Shown: positions 38,586-52,722, counted from the first letter of the stretch. The stretch is DNA of 64,000 bases from Octopus sinensis (GCF_006345805.1 NC_043000.1:62372001-62436000); one strand, 5' to 3'. The notes: generated from the letters alone by a model not told the origin. A program made the numbers and translations.

Positions 38586-39544
38586 AATGCAATATATTCT
38601 TTAACCTATATTTCCTCTGATGAGATCAAATGACTGGAACATACTGCACTTTCTAACAAAACTACTGAATTAATAAATAACAGCAACTTTAGTCCTTTTA
38701 GTGACCTTTCTTACTGACATCTTTTTCTATTTTACTGACATCTAGAAACAGAAAATAGCTTTACTCAAAACACTGCGTTTCTTTCCTGGAAGTGATACTT
38801 CAAATGCATGACGCAGAAAATAGAAAAGAAGTTTTAGAGAGGACGATGGAACATAAATTATATAACATAAAAACATTGAATTATATTTTTCTCCAATAGG
38901 ATAAAACTCAGCACATATGCGAAATGAATAAAAAAAAAATACCTACCAAATACTAATTTCCAATCGCCATTAATTTGTATAAGAAAGCTCTTTATTTCAC
39001 AAAAAAACGCCACAAACATAAATTTAACAAAAGTCTCGTGTTAAAATTATAAACACCATGAAAACAGATATTGGAAAAATTAGCAAATTTATATTTGATA
39101 TCGTAATTCTTTGCGTTCACGGTAGAGTAGTAACAACGTCATGAAATGGTTTAAACGTATTCTTCACAAAAGTAGTTTAAAAGATTAGTTTTCTTCTATT
39201 ACTTTTCTTCTATTCGGTATGGTCTAGTTTGCTAAATCCATAACCAGCATTAAAAAGTCAGATATCGACAAAATAACGCACGCATGCAAAACGATCTTAA
39301 AACACCAGGATGCCATATCATAAAAAAAAACCTTCAAATATTCTGTTCGATCTAAGCATGGACACAAATGACTCAGCGGAAATTAGTGATCTTATCGATT
39401 GTCATGTGTTTTACCAAAATGGCAACCTGCTTTCTTGACTGAATTGCAATACACTTGCATCCAGTAGAACCTGATTGTTTTTCAAAGTATTTTGATTTCT
39501 GATTCGTACTGAGACCAACTTGAAGATGTCACCTATACCCCAGT

Positions 39545-39830
39545 ACGGTGTATAAGGTTAGGATGTTGCACTCACAGTTACAAGATTGCTGTCCCATACA
39601 CTGACCAACCGAGTTGTTGTGTTCTTGAGCAAAACATTTCATTTCACGTTCATCTGCGATCACTCCGACATCAGATGTATGGCACACCGTGCCTCTGTAC
39701 ACACAATGTCGATTCAATGGAGAGAGTAAGCTAATGTGCAGTACAAGCGTTTTATTACTGTGAACAAAGCATGTGCAGGTTTTCAGCAACAAAAGGCAGA
39801 ATTATCAGCTGTCGTTTGTTAGAGGAAAGT
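39545..39830 (+). mobile_element. tRNA-derived core SINE (family D)
   Basis: gttcttgagcaaaacatttcatttcacgtt..gcacaccgtgc..gctaatgtgc; homologous to 43075-43365. Confidence 0.6.
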
Positions 39831-39849
39831 TCATTACCACTGCTTATAT

Positions 39850-41200
39850 GTAAAATGTAACTTCTTTCCTTACAGTATTTACTTTATTGTAAGACCGACC
39901 TTAATTCAATTAAGCCTCCTTACGTAATCTTACTTCTTAAGGTTTATTATTGATCATTATTACTCTTCGTGCTTCAACCGTATATAAGTATTCTTCTGTT
40001 CAATATAATCCGTTTAGAAGAACATATTACACACTTTTTGGAATTTATATGAAACTATGAATTCCCTAATTTATTCACCTTCTTCCTTCATAAAATTTCT
40101 TTTATCTTGCATGATCTAGTTCCCTGTATTTTATTGTATTTAATTTTATGTTAACTCTGATTCCTTTACATTGATCCGATTTCCTTAATATCATTCACCT
40201 TCTATGTAATTTTACCGTATTTTCATAATTATTTGAAATCCTTAGCATTTGCCATCTTTAAGTTTTCTTTTTAATATGTTTATTTAATATTTTGTATATC
40301 TAATAATTACTCGAAAGAACTTATATATATATTTCTTTACTACCCACAAGGGGCTAAACACAGAGGAGACAAACAAGGACAGACAAAGGGATTAAGTCAA
40401 TTATATCGACCCCAGTGCGTAACTGGTACTTAATTTATCGATCCCGAAAGGATGAAAGGCAAAGTCGACCTCGGCGGAATTTGAACCCAGAACGTTTTTG
40501 CAGACGAAATACGGCTACACATTTCGCCCGACGTGCTAACGTTTCTGCCAGCTTGTCGCCTTAAGAACTTAATATAGTTACGTACCTCTTTAATTCTGTA
40601 TAAGCTTTTATTGCACTTTTCAATTCATTTTACAACTTGTTTCTTAATTCCATAATATATCCAAGTGCTATATTTCATTTTCCCTCGCCTATACATTTCC
40701 GCTTCTATTCCTTTATATTAGTTACATTTTTAATTTTTAAATCTTAATATATTTAATATTTATGTCTTTATTGCCCACATGAGGTTATATATATATATAT
40801 ATATATATAATATTGGATTTATAAAATGTAAAATTATAATATCCAGTCCCTTTTACTCTACAATATACGTTTGCCCCCCTACTTTTGGATAAAATTATTT
40901 TATTCTTTTATATGTTTCAGTCCAAAAACTGTGGCCATGCTGGAGCACCGCCATTGTAGTAATATGTGTATCCGTGTATTTATTTAGGAATTTAAATTTC
41001 AATATGCTTTAATTTGCCAAATTAACATTAGAGTTTTTTTTTGTATCTTTTTACTTAGCTTATAAAATCCTAATCATTTCTTTTTACAATATATTTCTGT
41101 CAAAAACTGAAATTTGCAATGAATGTCTTTATCATTTATATCGGCTCACCGCTAAACACCAACTAGATTATATCATAATTTTCATTATCTCTGATCACAT
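39850..41200 (-). mobile_element. Unclassified decayed AT-rich LINE-like repeat (family X), interrupted by a SINE
   Basis: Homologous to 44380-45200 (e.g. ctctttaattctg, aagtgctatatttcatt, caccaactagattatatc). A GDW motif on the minus strand is suggestive of an AP-endonuclease domain. Confidence 0.45.
40330..40562 (-). mobile_element. SINE family A, full-length
   Basis: Reverse complement of the family A sequence; possible TSD aagaactta on both sides. Confidence 0.88.
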
Positions 41201-41259
41201 TGTTTGTTCACATCCGACGTCTCGGATACGAAGCGTCGTAACAAAATCAGTATTGACTA

Positions 41260-42225
41260 TAGTTTCTATGGGAAATCTATAGAGATGACCATAACACGCG
41301 ATTCCAGAGCACTGCTAACACAGTAGTGCATGGTAAAAATCCACAAGAGTTAATTACTAATGCTTGCAAATCAAATTCAGGTCTATAAATAAATGTCCCA
41401 ATACCAGAATACTTAAAATTAAGGCCTATTATGGCGGGCCCAGCCGGTGTAACACCCCCCACTAAGCAACTTTCTACTATTGAAACTATTGAAACCTTTC
41501 CTTAGATAGATTAAAAGTTTCATTAGAGACGATCCGGACATGCTAGAGCATCTACCAAAACCACCAACGAAGAAGCACTATTCGTCTCATTCGATGTCAT
41601 CAACCTCTACACTAACATTTCACATGACTACGGAATAGAGGCAATACAATTCTGGTTAGAAAAATACTCCGAAGTTCTCCTGGACCGCATAAACCAGCAC
41701 TTAGTCATTGAATCCTAGAAAACAGTTGCTTCCTATTCGATACAACATATTACCGCCAAAAATGCGGTATTGCGATGGGAACGAAAGCAGCGCATGTCAT
41801 TGCGGGCCTAATAATGAGTTTCTTTGACTATACCCCATATGAACTTTCGCTCCAAAAATTTGGACCCCCATTCTACAAATGTATAAGAGAAAACTGGAAA
41901 AGGTACCTAGACAATTGTTTTATCAATTGAAATGAAATCTGAATTTCAAATCCCCACTGAACAATATAAACTCCAATATTCAATTTACAATGGAATAAAG
42001 CAAGGAACAGCTACCATTTCTGGGCATTTTGATTGTAAAAAAATCCAGCAGCCAAACAAGAACTGACATTTACTACAAACCAACAGACTCAACACAGTAT
42101 CTCCTTTTCAGTTCATGCCATCCTAAACACACCAAAATAAATATCCCATTCAATATTGCTAAAAGGATCTGTACAGTTGTATCTAAACCAACCACTCGGG
42201 AACTTCGCCTACAAGAACTCAAGTG
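41260..42225 (+). mobile_element. Penelope-like element reverse transcriptase fragment
   Basis: KIHKS..LKLRPIMAGP, SFDVINLYTNI, GIAMGT, WKRYLDNCF, QLPFLG, DIYYKPTDSTQYL..HPKHTKINIPFNIAKRI. Overlaps the 2960-4120 element in sequence. Confidence 0.88.
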
Positions 42226-42284
42226 TAAACAGGGCCGAAACCCAATAGTTACGAGGAGAATTTCTTAGCCACACAGCTAAGCCT

Positions 42285-43000
42285 GATTTTATATTTAGTT
42301 TTATTGATTTTTCTCTCTCTCATAATTCATCGCAGGTTCCCTTCTGTTTCATCAACTCACAAATTTTTATGCATCTTCTAATTTAAGAATGAATTTTTTG
42401 TTAATTCGGTTGACATACACACAAATTTCCATTTAAGGATGGTTTTTAACCTCGGGGATTTTTTTCATATTAACATCTTAGTACTTAGATCAATGCATTC
42501 ATACTGTCTATCTCTTGCGATTTTTTTCTTTTTCTAGTTCTTCATTTTCTTTGTCGTCGTCGCTGTCACTGTTTTCTTTTTCTCCTCCATCTCCTCCTCC
42601 TAAGCTTCTTTCTCCTTCTTCTGCTCTTGTTTTTACTTCATCTCCTCCTACTCTTCCTCCTGCTCCTTCTCCTAATTTTCCTTTTCTTCCCATTCTTTCT
42701 CACAGTTCTTCGTCTTTCATGTTATTCCTTTTAAACTTTTCCTTCTCCATCTTTTTCTACGATATTATAATAATAATAATCTACAGCTCCAAAACATCCA
42801 TATTATATATTTACGTTCTATTTCTTTTGTCTTTTCGTCGGCAGCACTTCAGAAATTTTCAATGATATATTTTCTAGGATATACGTGCTATAAATTCCTT
42901 AATTTCATTTGATGATATGAAGAGAACGTAAACTACTGCAGTTTGTTATGTAACGAAACATACAAGTTAACTGTAAATATTTATATACGAATGTAAGCAA
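42285..43000 (-). repeat. Unclassified repeat, homolog of 46985-47700
   Basis: Shared blocks ccatttaaggatggtttt(a)acctcggggattttt and caaaac(a/t)tccatatt..tttgatgat, with a central low-complexity CTT-rich segment. Confidence 0.6.
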
Positions 43001-43074
43001 ATATAAAGCTTTTCCATATGTATGCTTACACAAAGCTGTTTGTATGTGTACGTACGTACGTGAATGAAAGCATG

Positions 43075-43720
43075 CAGCCTGGTGGTTACACTGCGACACT
43101 CACGGCTGCAATATTGCGTTCTATATTTCCTGACCAGGCGATGTGCTGTGTCCTTGAGCAAAACACTTAATTTCACGTTGCTCTACACTCACTTCGATAT
43201 CTAACGTGTAGCACACCGTGCACCTGTAAGGTAATGTTGATTTGATGGAGGGAATGAGCTAATGTGCATTGCAATCTTTAGATCACTTTTAACAAGACAT
43301 CTGCGCAAGTTGTTCAGCGAGAAATGGCAGAATTCTCACCAGTCGTTTACGACAAGAGTGCCCACCATCATCACTTATACCCAAATTTTATCTACTGACT
43401 TCCCTTCATTATTTACTTTACTGGAAGACCGACATTGAAGGTGCATGGTTCAGTGGTTAGAGCGTCGAGGTAGTGAGTTCGATTCCTGTTCATTGTGTTT
43501 TTCAGCAAGACACTTTATTGCAGGTTGCTCTGGTTCATTCATCAATAGAAATGAGTTGAGATGTGACTGGTGCCTTGCCTTTCTCTTGGACAACATCGGT
43601 GACGTGGAGAGGGAAAGCTGATATGCATGGGCGTCTCTTGGTCTTACATAAACAACCTTGCCCTGATTTGTGCCTCGGAAGGGAACTTTCTAGATGCAAT
43701 CCTATGGTCATTTATCTTTA
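43075..43720 (+). mobile_element. Two adjacent tRNA-derived core SINEs (43075-43365 and 43437-43720)
   Basis: Both have a ..(t/a)gtggtta.. A-box-like head and a (ttg/ttc)agcaa(a/g)acactt core, followed by different 3' tails. Confidence 0.6.
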
Positions 43721-43793
43721 AGACCGTTCTTAATTCGATTTGGCCACTTTACATAAACTTACTTATTACAGCTTATTATTATTCATTATGAAA

Positions 43794-44310
43794 GCGGCGA
43801 GCTAGCAGAAACGTTAGCACGCCGGCCGAGATGCATAGCCGTATTTCGTCTGCCGTTACGTTCTGAGTTCATATTCTGCCGAGGTCGACTTTGCCTTTCA
43901 TCTTTTAGGGGTCTATAAATTAAGTACCAGTTACGCACTGGGGTCGATATAATCGACTTAATCCGTTTGTCTGTCCTTGTTTGTCCCGTCTGTGTTAGGC
44001 CCTTGTGTGTATTAAAGAAATAGGTATTTCGCCCGTCGCTACGTTCTGAGCTCAAATTCCGCCGAAGTCGCATTGCCTTTCATCCTTTCGGGTTCGATAA
44101 ATTAAATATCAGTTAAACATTAGGGTCGGTGTAATCGACTAGTCCCCTCCCTGCCTATAGTTGAAAGAATTATTACTCATTAAGTTTCGTGCTAACTCCA
44201 CTGAGATAAACTTTGCATTCCATCCTTTCGCGGTAATTAAGATAAATACCTGTCAAATACTGCAATGTAATCGACTTCCGCACTCAGACACTACTAGTCC
44301 TGTGCCAAAA
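43794..44310 (+). mobile_element. SINE family A, dimeric/trimeric array
   Basis: A full unit, then a head-truncated unit starting ggtatttcg at ~44021, then a decayed third unit. Confidence 0.8.
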
Positions 44311-44379
44311 TTTAAAACCATTATTATTTTCCATGCTTTTACCGTATATGAGTGTTCTTCTGCCACCTAAGATACTTTT

Positions 44380-45200
44380 ATAATAAAATATCACCACATT
44401 TGGGGATTACAATAAACATTTGTTAATTTTCCAATTCAGTCATTTACTTTCTTTTCACTTGCATAGTCTATTTCCCTACATTTCATATTATATTTATTTT
44501 TATCTTAACTCTAATTCCCTTACATTGAACTAACTTACCTAATTTTATTTACTTTCTATCTAAAGTTGTTTTGATTTGTTAATTTTAATTTTGTACTTCC
44601 CTTTTTTACTAGCTTATTTAATATTTTGAATATTTCTTAAGTATCCGCTCGAATATATTAAAGTCCTCTTTAATTCTGCACTAACTTTTGTCATAGTTTT
44701 CAATTTATTTTAAAACTTGCATCCTTCTTAATTCCACATGTCCGTTAAGTGCTATATTTCATTATTTTTCGTCTTTAATATTTTTGCTTCTATTCCTTTA
44801 CATTTGTCATATCAAATTTTAAACTTTTAAATCTTAATACCAGTTTTCCTATCCTCTCTACATAGAGTATATATCTAATATTGGATATATTAAATGAAAA
44901 AACTACAACTAGTCCCTTTTACGATACAACAATATATGTTTGCCCTACTTGTGGTTAGGCAATATATTTACTCTTGTATTTATTTAGGAATTTAAATATA
45001 CTTCAACTTGGCAATTTATTTTTTTACTTTATTTATAAAATACTAATCATTTCTTTCTATAATATGTTTCTGCCAAGAAATGTAATCTGCAATAAACGCA
45101 TTTGTCTTTTTTATAAGCTCACCTCTAAACACCAACTAGATTATATCATTAATTTTGAAAAGATAATGATGTTAAGCTCTTTTTTTACCCTTTGGTTTTT
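44380..45200 (-). mobile_element. Family X LINE-like fragment
   Basis: Homologous to 39850-41200. Confidence 0.45.
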
Positions 45201-45224
45201 CTCATTTTTATTATAAAAGGTGTT

Positions 45225-45830
45225 GCACGCCGGGCGAAATGCTCAGCTGTATTTCGGCTGCCGCTACGTTCTGAGTTCAAATTCCGCCGAGGTCGACTTT
45301 GCCTTTCATCCTTTCGGAGTCGATTAAATAAGTACCAGTTACGCACTGGGGTCGATATAATCGACTTAATCCGTTTGTCTGTCCTTGTTTGTCCTCTCTG
45401 TGTTTAGCCCCTTGTGGGTAGTAAAGAAATAGGTATTTCGTCTGCCGCTACGTTCAGAGTTCGAATTCCGTTGAGGTCGACTTTGCTTTTCATCCTTTCG
45501 GGGTCGATGAATTAAGTACCAGTTGCGCACTGAAGTCGATATAATCGACTAGCCCCCTTCGCCCAAAATTTTCAAGACCTTGTGCTTAGAGTAGAAATAA
45601 TTATAAAGGTGGTTGGATTGGCAAAGTTATTAGAGTATCGTTATAAGCGCTTTTGCAGTATTGGCCTTTTACAAGCTGAGTTCAAAACCCACCGAGGTCA
45701 AATTTGCCTTTTATATTTCTATCTATAAAATAAAGTACTAGCCCCATACTGCGGTCGATGATACCGACTAATCCTTTCCCTCAAAATTGTTGGTCATGTA
45801 GCAAAATTAGAAAGAATTGATACCATGAAG
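45225..45830 (+). mobile_element. SINE family A, tandem array
   Basis: Same unit plus truncated-unit organisation as 43794-44310, plus an older copy at 45605-45830. Confidence 0.8.
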
Positions 45831-46177
45831 GGTGTGAGTTGGTGTACTAACTGGCGTGAGGGACAAAATTGCACCATTTCTTGCTCTTTACGTTCTGAGT
45901 TCAAATCCCGCCTTCCATCATATCGGATTCGGTCAATCTAGAAGTGGGATTGATGTAGTTCAATAAGTTTAAATTACGGGATTGTGTCAAAATTTAAAAC
46001 AATGAAAGGTTTCATCACCCCTCGGGTCAAACAAAACGCGTTGTAACGTTTCTTCTGGGTTCTATTTAAATTCTATTGTTTATATCTTAAACAAGTCAAC
46101 AACTGTTGTCAAGTAGCGGCACAACTAACATAAATACATACTTATATATACCATCGTGTGTATATATATATATATAT

Positions 46178-46445
46178 CACGTGACCGACCAGACCATCAG
46201 ATGTTGTTACACATCGCTGGTCACAATGCGTTCGCATTGTTTTAGCCTTCGAATGACCAACAGAAGACAGAATGAAAGAGTGGTGAAAGAGTACAGCAGG
46301 GATCACCACCCCTTGCCGGAGCCTCGTGGAGCTTTTAGGTGTTTTCGCTCAATAAACACTCACAACGCCCGAATACAGGGAATCGAAACCGCGACCCTAC
46401 GACCGCGAGTCCGCTGCCCTAACCACTGGACCATTGCGACCCCAT
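46178..46445 (-). mobile_element. tRNA-derived SINE family C, full-length
   Basis: Minus strand tccagtggttagg A box and ggtttcgattccc B box; tail gaaggctaaaacaatgcgaa..ggtcggtcacgtg, then (TA)n. Confidence 0.8.
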
Positions 46446-46480
46446 ATATATATATATATATATATATATCTATATATATA

Positions 46481-46585
<105 letters not shown>

Positions 46586-46984
46586 TATATATTATATATA
46601 TATATATACTCTTTTACTAGTTTCAGATATTTGATTGTGGTCATGCTAGAGCACTGTGTGTGTGTGTGCACGCGTGTCTGTGTTCGTGTGTGTGTACATA
46701 TACATCAATGTGTGTGTGTACATATACATCAATGTGTGTGCGTGTATATGTACATATACATACATTTATACATGTATATATATGACAGGCTTCCATACAG
46801 TTTCTGCCAAATGAATCCACTCACGAGGTATAAATCTGCCTAGGTGTGTATAGTAAGATGCATTTTCCCATGATGATGTGCAGTGGGACCACGACCTAAG
46901 CCCCGTGGTTGAGAAGAACCTATGCTTATTTTTATTTTTTATTTATATTTTTTAACCTTATTTACTTGTAACGATATTTCCTTA

Positions 46985-47700
46985 GCTTATCTTTGCGTCT
47001 TTCTCTCTTTAACCAGCAGACTCCCTTCTATTTTATCAACTCATAATTTTTTTTATGTATTTTCTAATTTAAGAAATTTAATTTCACTAACCACACAAAA
47101 CTTTCCGTTTAAGGATGGTTTTTACCTCGGGGATTTTTCTCATCTTTACCACCTCTGTGCTTAGATTCTATGACCTTAATTTCTTTCATCTCATCCACCT
47201 TTTCCTCTCTCTTCTTCTTCAACTTCTTCACCTTCTTTTACTTCTTCTCCACCCGCTTGTCATCACCATTTTTCTCTCCTCCTCTTTCTTAATCTTCTTT
47301 CCCCTTTTCTTTTTCATGTCCTCCAAATATTCTTTCTTCTGATCCTTTCTCTTCCCTTTTTTTTTTTTGCTTTCTTCCTCTTCTATTTTGCTCTTTATCT
47401 TTCCCTTCTACATTTATTTTAACTTTTTCTTTGCAATAGTATAAAGTTAGAACTCAAAACTTCCATATTAAGAATTAACCCCGCACTTCTTTAGTCTTGT
47501 TTTCTTCGAGACCACTTCAGATATTTTCGTGGATATTTTTCCAGGCTAAACCTGCTGTGAATTTTTCAATTGTCGAACTTTCAAATTCGTTTGATGATGT
47601 CGAAAACGACTGCTGTTTGTAATATAACCAAACTGTATACATGCGTTCGTTTGTGTCTGTAGTCGTTAACTGTAAACGTACCTAAACAAATATAAATTTT
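46985..47700 (-). repeat. Unclassified repeat, homolog of 42285-43000
   Basis: Shares the same blocks as 42285-43000. Confidence 0.6.
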
Positions 47701-47707
47701 CTACATA

Positions 47708-48040
47708 TTGGCACAAGCGTGGCTCTGTGGTAGGAAGCTTGCTTTCCAACTACATGGTTCCGGATTCAGTCCCACAGTGTGGCACCTTGAGCAATTTTCT
47801 TCGAGTCAACCAAACCCTTGTGAGTAGGTTAGCAGACGGAAACTGAAACAATGTGTATGTGAGTGTGTGGGTGTATCTATATGTGTGTATTTGTCTCTAA
47901 TATCAGTGCTTGACAACTGGTGTTGGTGTGTTTACGTACCCGTAACTTAAGGGTTTGGCAAAAGTGAAGGACAGAATAAGTGCAAGGGTTTAAAAATAAG
48001 TCTTGGGGTCTGTTTACTCGACTAAAGGCTCTTCAATGGC
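47708..48040 (+). mobile_element. SINE family B, full-length
   Basis: gtggctctgtggtagg..ggattcagtccc..ggcaccttgagcaa..aaactgaaa..(GT)..gtaacttaagggtttggcaaaa..cgactaaagg. Confidence 0.8.
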
Positions 48041-48477
48041 CTGTTTTCAGTGCGAGATAATCACAAGCCAGTGGTGAGGGCTTATTCGATTTGTTCATAC
48101 TATATACTTTTTAAAGTGACACACAGTTGCTGATCTCATAAAGAAAAAAGCAACTAGTTTTAAACTCCCTTCCTAATACTATACGGACACACACACACAT
48201 ACACACACACACACAGAGACACAGACACACACAGACATACACACACACATATATATATATATCATGGACTCTCCCGTCGGTTTCTTTCTTTGTCAGTCAT
48301 AACGTTTACGTCGAATGTGACACTTAAGTCCCGATTTGCAAAGAAAGCTCCAAATGTTGCAAGTTTGAGGATTACAGGTCAGTGTAGGTGGTATATTTGC
48401 AGCCGCTTTTTGCTTTGACTTGCACCCAGAAGCCTGTTAATCCTTGTTACAACAAAGAATTTAGATATCTATATCTC

Positions 48478-48653
48478 CGGCCGGGGCTGGTGGCGATCCC
48501 TGCTGTACTCTTTCGCGACAACTTTCTCTCTTTCTTCTGTTAGCCTGCTCGCTTAACTAGCGGCCTGGCGTCATTTGAAGGCTAAAACAATGCGAAGCGC
48601 ATTGTGTTGTGACCAGCGATGTGTAGCAACATCTGATAGCCTGGTCGGTGACG

Positions 48654-48660
<7 letters not shown>
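48478..48660 (+). mobile_element. SINE family C, 3' part
   Basis: gatccctgctgtactcttt..gaaggctaaaacaatgcgaa..ctggtcggtgac; inverted relative to 46178-46445. Confidence 0.75.
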
Positions 48661-48700
<40 letters not shown>

Positions 48701-49195
48701 TATATATATCGTTGCTACTATGCAAAAGCTTCGTAAGTCGAAAACGTTTCTTTTTCAGAAAACGAAAAATAAAAGTTTAACCATTCCATAGCAAAACCGT
48801 TGTTCTACGCTTTGACAATTTTTGATGTCTTGGCATCTGAAATAGCTGCAACGATATATATAGTGCTGCAGTCATACCTATGTGGTTAAGGATTACACTT
48901 TGCGTTCATATGGTTCCGAGTTTAGTCCCTAGATAAATGGAAACGCCATGGAAGCTTGCTGTATGCGTGCGCGCGCGCGAAAGCATTTTCCATTACGGTA
49001 CATCATTTTCACAGAATTCTTGGCTCTTTACATATTCTTCCTTTATTATTCGGAGCTGGTTGCAATTACTACAAGGTAATTCTTTTCTCGAGAGGAAGAT
49101 GATTCCAATGGACAAGAAATCTATGTTGCATAATATATGATGATATATGCGCCTTTATTGCGTGTGTTGCTATTTACATATGTGTGTGTACATAT

Positions 49196-49196
<1 letters not shown>

Positions 49197-49279
<83 letters not shown>

Positions 49280-49306
49280 TATAAATAGATAGATAGATAT
49301 ATAGAT

Positions 49307-49350
<44 letters not shown>

Positions 49351-49400
49351 TAATAGATAGATAGACAGACAGACAGACAGATAGATGGATAGACAGATAA
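49197..49400. repeat. (GATA)n/(GACA)n microsatellite
   Basis: Directly visible. Confidence 0.98.
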
Positions 49401-50439
49401 ATGCAGCGAGTTGACAGTGTCAATTCGGTTTTCGAATACAGCTGAGGTCAACTTTAACTATCTTCCTTTCGAGGTCGACATATGGTATCCCTGCCTTGTA
49501 AAATGGTCGCTTCAGCTCCCTCCCCCCCCTCTCTCTCTCTCTCTCTGTATATATATATATATATATCCCCTCTCTTTCCTGCTTACCATAATATGTAAGC
49601 TGTAGTCAGACCTAGAGAAGAACAAGCTTTACCAGGCTTAGATGGCCGTGTATATGAATATGTATGTAAATATATACATGTTCTCATGCATATTCATATT
49701 CACGAATATGTATGTAATCAAATGAGAGGTTTCTCACGAAAATATTACAATATTGAGACAACATCTAATTTAAGAAAGAATACCAAATGACCATATGAAT
49801 AGAAAATATAAATATATAGCGAATTTTTAAAAATAAATATACATATACAAGACGAGACAAATTGAGAGTGAAAAAATGAAAATCAAATGATGCAGATTGT
49901 CACTGGCTGCATGTATTCTGCTCATGTATTCTAACACTGTCATTAACAGAAATGTGTTTACATTACTAAGACATACTAAATAATGAGTATAAACAGTGTG
50001 TACAGATGGTTTGTTTTGTTTCGTGCTTATAACGATTTCCAGTTTTCCACTCAACGTTGTTTTCAAAGAGTCTACATTTTGCGTTCTGTTCTGTTTTATT
50101 TCTGCCTTAACAATCGTTATTAGCGTATCGGATGTCCTACTGTGACATTCATACGTACGTACATGCATACATACACAAGTATACATACAAATACGAATAT
50201 CACGGGCATGTAACAATGTATGTATATACCTAAGTGCATCTCTGTGCGTATGTATGCGCGTGTGTGAGTGTATATGTCTCTGTGTCTCTGTCTATTGTTT
50301 CTTTAGAGCGAACAACTTAAGAGATCGTTATAGCATAGATTAAATGATATAAACAGCAGACCTGAAAATAAGCACCGCAGTAGATAAAAGCACCTTAATT
50401 GAACAGAAATGACTCTGTATCTACGCAGTCCAATATTTT

Positions 50440-50640
50440 TGACACAAGACCAGCAATTTCGGGAAGCAAATTACATCGACCAGCAAATTACATCGACCCC
50501 AGTGGTCAAATGCTACTTGTTTTATCGACCCAGAAAGTCGACCTCGGTGGAATTTGAACTTAGAACGTAATGACGGATGAAATGCTGCTAAGAATTTTGC
50601 CTGGCAGGCTAACGATTGAGCCTGCTTGTTGCCTTTCCGC
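50440..50640 (-). mobile_element. SINE family A (decayed)
   Basis: atcgaccccagtgg..gtcgacctcggtggaatttgaacttagaacgtaa. Confidence 0.75.
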
Positions 50641-51140
50641 AGACCGATATATGTCCATATCTAAATACAGAGAATTCTAGCATAGATTATGGGTAAAGCT
50701 TAACGTTTTTTTTTTATGAATAACTTTCTTTATACTATACTACTTAATTTCTCTGGCTATTCAGAGAAATTACCAGTATTTCTGGTTCACGTTTGATATG
50801 CTAAATAGTTCCAAAAGTTAAATAGCCGAAAAATATTTTTCTTCCAAATTAAACGCCGTGGTATGTAAGCAGTTAACGTTACTTTTAATTACATACGCAT
50901 TAATTTCATAGATGGACAGACATATAGGGGCAATTATGCGGATACACAAATATAATATAGATATAACATATATATGTATGTGTGTATGTATTTGAATTTA
51001 TGTACGTATAGATATTTATTTATACACAGGTATATGTATATATATATAACGAAATACAACTCTATCAACTCGGTTACTGTATTGTGTTAGAGGGTTATAT
51101 TTCGTTATATCCGTTTCCGAGTTTATCACGCAGTATATAT

Positions 51141-51172
<32 letters not shown>

Positions 51173-51286
51173 GTATGTATGTATGTATGTATGTATGTAT
51201 GTATGTATGGACGTATGTATACATACATGAATATATATATATATATGCATATATATATATACATATATATATCTGTGTGTGTGTGC

Positions 51287-51319
<33 letters not shown>

Positions 51320-51328
51320 TACACACAC

Positions 51329-52636
51329 ACAGAGTGCGATGGGTAAATTGTTGCAATTTTATATTTTTAATTTCGCGCATGCACATGCTTTGATTTTGAT
51401 TTTGTCGACACCGTATAGTAGTGTCAGTTGGGCACTGTCCATGAGAAAAACAGTATCATGACGCAATTCACTCTGCCAGAAATTTGGAACCGACATGCTG
51501 TACTGCTCGTCATTCGCTCCTGAAGCTCCAATACGAACATTTCAGAGTGGGTGTCAATCTGGGGACAGTGCAGAGGATTCGGAAAGAGTTGGATGAGTCT
51601 AATGGGGATTACGAATGTACTGCAGCTCGGAAAACTCACTCTGATCGTTCTGATAAGAAAAGAACTCCTGAATTTGTTGGTGAGATCCAGACCATGATTG
51701 ACAACGTTCCTGCCAAATCAGTCATGTCCATCACCAGGGACATGAGAGTCTCTAAGTTTCTTATCAGGCAAATAGTGCATGAAGACATTCAGTATTGCTC
51801 ATACAAGATGGGAAAGGGCTAATTTTTATCTCAAACCATCAAGGACAAGAGGAAGACCGTGCTACGAAGAGTTTGAACAAACTCAATCATCCCTCCAACC
51901 GAGTATGCTTTTTTTGTTTTTTGTTTTTGTTTTTTTTCAGACGAAAAAATTTCTGTCAGGATCAAATGGTGAACACACAGAACATTGGCTTGCCGTGTCC
52001 ACAAAATATGTACCGGGAGTGATAAAAATCAAACATCCAGTAAATATCATGCTGTTTGGAGTGATCACTAGTGATGGTAACGTTATGTCTCCATTCATCT
52101 TCCCAAACGGCCTCAGACTCAACACGAAGGCCTACATCAAGTTCGTGAAGGAGGTAGTGCTGCCTGGGTTAAAATGGTGGCTGCTGGAAGACCCTATGTC
52201 TGACAACAGGGCTCTGCACCATGTCACACAATCAGGAGAACCCAGTCATGGCTGTCAGACAATGTCTGTGACCGCAACCCCCCTAACACCTGGCTACATA
52301 ACTCCCCAGACTGCAGCCACCTTAATTACTATGTGTGGGGCACAGTTGAGCGATAGACCAACAAAACTCCTTGTAACACCAAAGATGAACTGAAGGCAAA
52401 GATTACAGCAGCATTCACTAACTTAAACAAGGAAACCATCCAGAAGAGTTGCAGGAGATTTCGACGTCGTCTGGAGCCCGCGTTAGAAGCCAATGGCGAT
52501 TTTATTAAACAAATTTACTCTTTAAAATTTCAAGATATTTCAAAATATTTTGATAAATATATCTGTTAAAATGAGATGTCAGTATTATTTTCATTTTTGT
52601 GTGTTTTAGATGACAATTTATTCACCAAACTCTGTG
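51329..52636 (+). mobile_element. Full-length maT-type (DD37D) Tc1/mariner transposon relic
   Basis: FFSDEKNF, HPVNIMLFGVITSDG, and QQ(G)SAP..SPDCSHL(N)YYVWG with 37 residues between the two mutated catalytic positions. Imperfect TIRs cagagt..taaattgt and acaatttatt..actctg. Confidence 0.9.
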
Positions 52637-52642
52637 TATGTA

Positions 52643-52722
<80 letters not shown>

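Noticed and set aside
41191-41240. Hammerhead at the 5' border of the PLE RT fragment (ctgatca..ATCCG/CGGAT..gaagcgtc)
   Set aside because: The core is mutated at two positions and separated from helix II by 14 unpaired nt, and there is no helix I.
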